A stretch of DNA of 64,000 nucleotides, taken from contig JAPDFW010000044.1 of the NCBI GenBank assembly GCA_028826165.1, positions 372,001 to 436,000 of the forward strand. Reading direction: 5' to 3'. Made by a program: the position numbers and the translations under genes. The notes beneath the pieces are model-generated. The model worked only from the letters and a program-made list of their open reading frames with translations. It was not told the DNA's origin and searched no databases. This stretch comes from Anaeramoeba ignava BMAN. Lineage: Eukaryota; Protista; Anaeramoebae. Shown one piece after another: positions 58,382-64,000 of the stretch (positions within the stretch are counted from its first letter, which is position 1; each line of letters begins with the position of its first letter).

Positions 58382-58674
58382 AAACTATTTTTTTCATTTT
58401 TTTTTCAAAATTCAATTCAATTTTAATTTACTTTCAATCAAATTAAATTCTTCAAATCAATAAATAGGAAACAAATTTAATTTTAAATAATTTAATTTTA
58501 ATTTAAAAATATTATTAAAAAGAAGATTAAATTGAAAAAAAGAAAATCAAAAATATATAAAAATTGAAAATATAAATTAATTATTATTAATTGTAAATAT
58601 TTTATAAAATATAAAATAAGAAACAAATCAATTATAATTTATTATTAAAAATTATTTAATAAAGAAATAAATTG

Positions 58675-60090
58675 AAAATATTTTTAAATAATAAAATATT
58701 TAAATATAAAACAATAAAATATTATTTTAATAATTGAATTAAATATTAAATTATATTTTTAAATTAATTTATAATTTAAATATTAAATTAAATCTATTTC
58801 CATTTTTATATTTATATGTTAAATATTTAAATAATAAAATATTTAAATATAAAACAATAAATTATTATTTTAATAATTGAATTAAATATTAAATTATATT
58901 TTTAAATTAATTTATAAATTAAATATTAAATTAAATCTATTTTCATTTTTATATTTATATGTTAAATATTTAAATAATAAAAATATTTAAATATAAAACA
59001 ATAAATTATTATTTCAATAATAAAATTAAATATTAAATTATATTTTTAAATTAATTTATAATTTAAATAATTAAATTAAATCTATTTCCATTTTTATATT
59101 TATATGTTAAATATTTAAATAATAAAATATTTAAATATAAAACAATAAATTATTATTTTAAACATAAAATTAAATAATAAATTATATTTATAAATTAATT
59201 TATAAATTAAATATTAAATTAAATCTATTCTTATTTTTATATTTTTATGTTAAATTTTTAAATAATAAAATATTTAAATCTAAAAACAATAAATTATTAT
59301 TTTAATAATAAAATTAAATATTAAATTATATTTTTAAATTAATTTATAAATTAAATATTAAATTAAATCTATTTCCATTTTTATATTTTTATGTAAAAAT
59401 ATTTAAATAATAAAATATTTAAATCTAAAAAATTAAATTATTATTTTTAAAATAAAATTAAATATTAAATTATATTTTTAAATTAATTTATAAAATTAAA
59501 TATTAAATTAAATCTATTTTCATTTTTATATTTATATGTTAAATAATTAAATAATAAAATATTTAAATCTAAAACATTAAATTATTATTTCAATAATAAA
59601 ATTAAATATTAAATTATATTTTTAAACTAATTTATAAATTGAATATTAAATTAAATCTATTCTTATTTTTTATATTTATATGTTAAATATTTAAATAATA
59701 AAATATTTAAATCTAAAACAATAAATTATTATTTTAATAATTAAATTAAATATTAAATTATATTTTTAAATTAATTTATAAATTAAATATTAAATTAAAT
59801 CTATTTTCATTTTTTATATTTATATTTTAAATATTTAAATAATAAAATATTTAAATCTAAAACATTAAATTATTATTTTAATAATTGAATTAAATATTAA
59901 ATTATATTTTTAAATTAATTTATTAATTAAATATTAAATTAAATCTATTCCCATTTTTTCATTTTTTTTCATTTTTTTTTTTTCAAATTTTTATTTAAAT
60001 CTAAAACAATAAATTATTATTTCAATAATTGAATTAAATAATAAATTATATTTTTAAATTAATTTATTAATTAAATATTAAATTAAACTT
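58675..60090 (+). repeat. ~144-bp BTB-TLDc-associated tandem repeat (~9-10 copies)
   Basis: Same unit as at 15345-15890 and 54610-54875. Confidence 0.9.
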
Positions 60091-60159
60091 ATTGTATTTA
60101 TTAATTATTTTTTAAAATGAAAAGAAAAAAAGAAATTTTGATTTTTGGGTTTTTGGATT

Positions 60160-63100
60160 TTAAAATTTAGTAAAAGGATCTTTTTTTGCTAAAACTAAAA
60201 ATGGATGAGTATAACTGATATAACCTCTAATTCTTTCCTGATAAATTAAAATAGAAAGGATGCATTTAATTTCATTATCACAAATATCAACACCAATAAT
60301 ATTCAAACCTTTTTGAATATCTTCAATAGGAATTTTTGTATTTTGAATTATTGAATGAAATTTCTTCATAAAGTTTCTGAAAACAAGAATTCTTATTGAT
60401 TGAAAAATTACAAAAATTCCTTTTTTTAAAAATAAAGTTTGATATTTTTGAATTTCTTGATCATAAAAATTAACATTTCCTTTTATAAAAGAATGAACAA
60501 TTTGAATATAAAATCCAAGATCATATTTTTGAAGAAGAGAATCACTTGGAATTTTACCAAAATATAAATTTACAGGAACTAAATAGAAAAGAATCATTTT
60601 CAAATGTTTTGGATATTTTTTAGAACAATTTTGGAAAGCATAATTAAGATCTTCTTGAGCCTTTTTTTTTTTATAGGAATTTAAATATTTTATTAAATTT
60701 AAATATTTTATTGAATTTAAATATTTTATTAAATTTAAATATTTTATTTGAATTGAAATATTTTATTGAAATTTAAATATTTTATTGAAATATTATATTA
60801 AATTTAAATATTTTATTAAATTTAAATATTTTATTAAATTTAAATATTTTATTAAATTTAAATATTTTATTAAATTTAAATATTTTATTAAATTTAAATA
60901 TTTTATTTAATTTAAATATTTTATTAAATTAAATTATTTTATGGAATTTAAATATTTTATTTGGAATTGAAATATTTTATTAAATTTAAATATTTTATTA
61001 AATTTAAATATTTTATTAAATTTAAATATTTTATTGAATATTTTATTAAATTTAAATATTTTATTGAATATTTTATTAAATTTAAATATTTTATTGGAAT
61101 TTAAATATTTTATTAAATTTAAATATTTTATTAAATTTAAATATTTTATTAAATTTAAATATTTTATTGAATTTAAATATTTTATTAAATTTAAATATTT
61201 TATTAAATTAAAATATTTTATTAAATTTAAATATTTTATTAAATTTAAAATATTTTATTAAATTTAAATATTTTATTAAATTTAAATATTTTATTAAATT
61301 TAAATATTTTATTAAATTTAAATATTTTATTAAAATTTAAAATTTTAATTTAAAATTTTATTAAATTTAAAATTTTTATTTGGATTGGAAAATATTTTTA
61401 TTAAATTTAAATATTTTATTGAATTTAAATATTTTATTGAATTTAAATATTTTATTAAATTTAAATATTTTATTAAATTTAAATATTTTATTAAATTTAA
61501 ATATTTTATTGAATTTAAATATTTTATTGAATTTAAATATTTTATTGAATTTAAATATTTTATTAAATTTAAATATTTTATAAAATATTTTATTAAATTT
61601 AAATATTAAATTAAATTATTTTTATGGAATTGAAATATTTTATTGGAATTGAAATATTTTATTAAATTTAAATATTTTATTGGAATTTAAATATTTTATT
61701 AAATTTAAATATTTTATTAAATTTAAATATTTTATTAAATTTAAATATTTTATTAAATTTAAATATTTTATTGAATTGAAATATTTTATTGGAATTGAAA
61801 TATTTTATTGAAATTTAAATATTTTATTGAAATATTATATTAAATTTAAATATTTTATTAAATTTAAATATTATATTAAATTTAAATATTTTATTGAAAT
61901 ATTATATTAAATTTAAATATTTTATTAAATTTAAATATTTTATTAAATTTAAATATTTTATTAAATTTAAATATTTTATTAAATTTAAATATTTTATTAA
62001 ATTGAAATATTTTATTAAATTTAAATATTTTATTGAATTTAAATATTTTATTGAATTGAAATATTTTATTGGAATATTTTATTAAATTTAAATATTTTAT
62101 TGGAATTTAAATATTTTATTGGATTTAAATATTTTATTAAATTTAAATATTTTATTGAATTTAAATATTTTATTGAATTTAAATATTTTATTGAATTTAA
62201 ATATTTTATTAAATTTAAATATTTTATTAAATTTAAATATTTTATTAAATTTAAATATTTTATTAAATTTAAATATTTTATTGAATTTAAATATTTTATT
62301 AAATTTAAATATTTTATAAAATATTTTATTGAATTGAAATATTTTATTAAATTTAAATATTTTATAAAATATTTTATTGAATTGAAATATTTTATTAAAT
62401 TTAAATATTTTATTAAATTTAAATATTTTATTAAATTTAAATATTTTATTAAATTTAAATATTTTATTAAATTTAAAATATTTTATTAAATTTAAATATT
62501 TTTATTGAATTTAAATATTTTATTAAATTTAAATATTTTATTAAATTTAAATATTATATTTAATTGAAATATTTTATTAAATTTAAATATTTTATTAAAT
62601 TTAAATATTTTATTGGATTTAAATATTTTATTGAATTTAAATATTTTATTGAATTTAAATATTTTATTTGGAATTAAAATATTTTATTAAATTTAAATAT
62701 TTTATTAAATTTAAATATTTTATTAAATTTAAATATTTTATTGAATTTAAATATTTTATTTGAATTTAAATATTTTATTAAATTTAAATATTTTATTAAA
62801 TTTAAATATTTTATTGAATTTAAATATTTTATTAAATTGAATTAAATTATTTGAATTAAATTATTTGAATTAAATTATTTGAATTAAAATATTTTATGGA
62901 ATATTTTATGGATTTGTTAAAATATACAAGTTGATATTCTTCACTTAAAAGATGCATTCTACCAACATAATATTTATAAGTAACTTTTTCATAAATTGGA
63001 AAATTTTCAAAATTTGGAAAAGAAGAATCTTCAACAACATTAATAAAATGACCACAATTATGAAGTTTATTTGTGAAAAAATAAATTCTAAATAATTCTA

Positions 63101-63778
63101 ATATTATTGATAATGCTCCCCATTTTTTTGAAGTTTCTAATGAAGAATGATCATTATTTGTAATTTCCAAACATTTATTCAAAACTCTTGCTGCTTTGGA
63201 TAAAAACTCTTCATTAACTTTGTTTTGTTTATAAATCTTTTTTGTTGATAAAAAAATTTTCATTTTTGAATTTGCAGAATTATTTGTTAAATTTTTGATC
63301 AAATTAATGAATTGAAGGAACAAATCCATAATTATTTTTGATTAGAATATACATGTATTGAAAGTTTTCTTAAGTCTTTTGCCATTTGTTGTAAAACAGA
63401 AATTAACCAATTTGTTTGATCTCTTGCTAAATCAAGAAAATTATTAAGTGATTCTGAATGTGTTTGAAATTTTTGTTCTATTGATATAGATAATAAGGAT
63501 TCTAAATGAGAAATAATGATTTGAACCCAATCATTTGGGAGTAATTTAAAACAATCATCTTCAAAATTGATATTTTGCTAAAAGAAATTTTTTAATTTTT
63601 ATTTTTTATTTTTTTAAATTTTGTTTTTTGTTTTTAAAAAAAAGAAAAAAACCTCTTGAATTTCTTTTATAATTTGATTATTTTGATTTTCTTGAGAAAT
63701 TGATAATAAATGAGCTAATTCAATTCCATTTTTTTCTTGAATATTTTTTTTAATATTTAAAAGATAATTTCTAAACAT
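60160..63778 (-). CDS. PCID2: PCI domain-containing protein 2 (PCID2/Thp1/CSN12-like, TREX-2), multi-exon
   Basis: SKKWGAL...LFRIYF...VTYKYYVGR...YLVPVNLYFGKIPS...CILSILIYQERIRGYISYTHPFLVLAKKDPF. Confidence 0.88.
60675..62880. repeat. Intronic 18-bp minisatellite (TTATTAAATTTAAATATT)n in the PCID2 intron 60661-62927
   Basis: Directly visible; source of the spurious FKYFIK and LNLNIL ORFs. Confidence 0.9.
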
Positions 63779-63887
63779 TTTTTTTTTAAAATGAAAAAAT
63801 GAAAAAATGAAAAATGAAAAAATAAAAAGTGGAATGAAATTAATTAATAAATTTTCATTTTTTTCTTTTCTTCATTATTTTTGGAAA

Positions 63888-64000
63888 ATGATTAATTTCG
63901 AAGATTTTAATCAAGAATATCAACCTTTAGTTATTGATAATGGATCAGGAATGATTAAAGCAGGATTTGCAGGAGATGATGCACCAAGATCAATTTTCCC
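63888..64000 (+). CDS. Actin or actin-related protein, 5' end (partial)
   Basis: [37 protein letters not shown] contains the actin phosphate-1 motif. Confidence 0.9.
   Translation, partial: MINFEDFNQEYQPLVIDNGSGMIKAGFAGDDAPRSIF

Overview
Extremely AT-rich, intron-containing eukaryotic DNA from an anaerobic protist. It carries a pyruvate:ferredoxin oxidoreductase (PFO) with an N-terminal presequence, poly-(NQ) proteins and an expanded BTB/TLDc family; an Anaeramoeba-like metamonad is my inference. Genes in order: eIF3f-like MPN protein (partial), coiled-coil/PH protein, DDX31/DBP7 helicase, F-BAR-SH3 protein, two divergent BTB-TLDc genes, PB1-UBA protein, WDR91-like protein lacking WD40 repeats, PFO, ankyrin-C2 protein, VPS13, two more TLDc genes, PCID2/Thp1, and the start of an actin/ARP. 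Many frames are broken at homopolymers, probably by long-read errors. Main finding: in all four TLDc genes, the apparent 1.4-2 kb last intron is a tandem array of ~180-bp units. Each unit is a complete GT...AG intron, and units are separated by variable 3-nt spacers (AG-NTN-GT). Read as micro-exons, the spacers encode a stop-free variable peptide inserted at the TLDc GPxFGG|GD motif. Variation is confined to codon positions 1 and 2, so this is a candidate codon-by-codon micro-exon diversification system.
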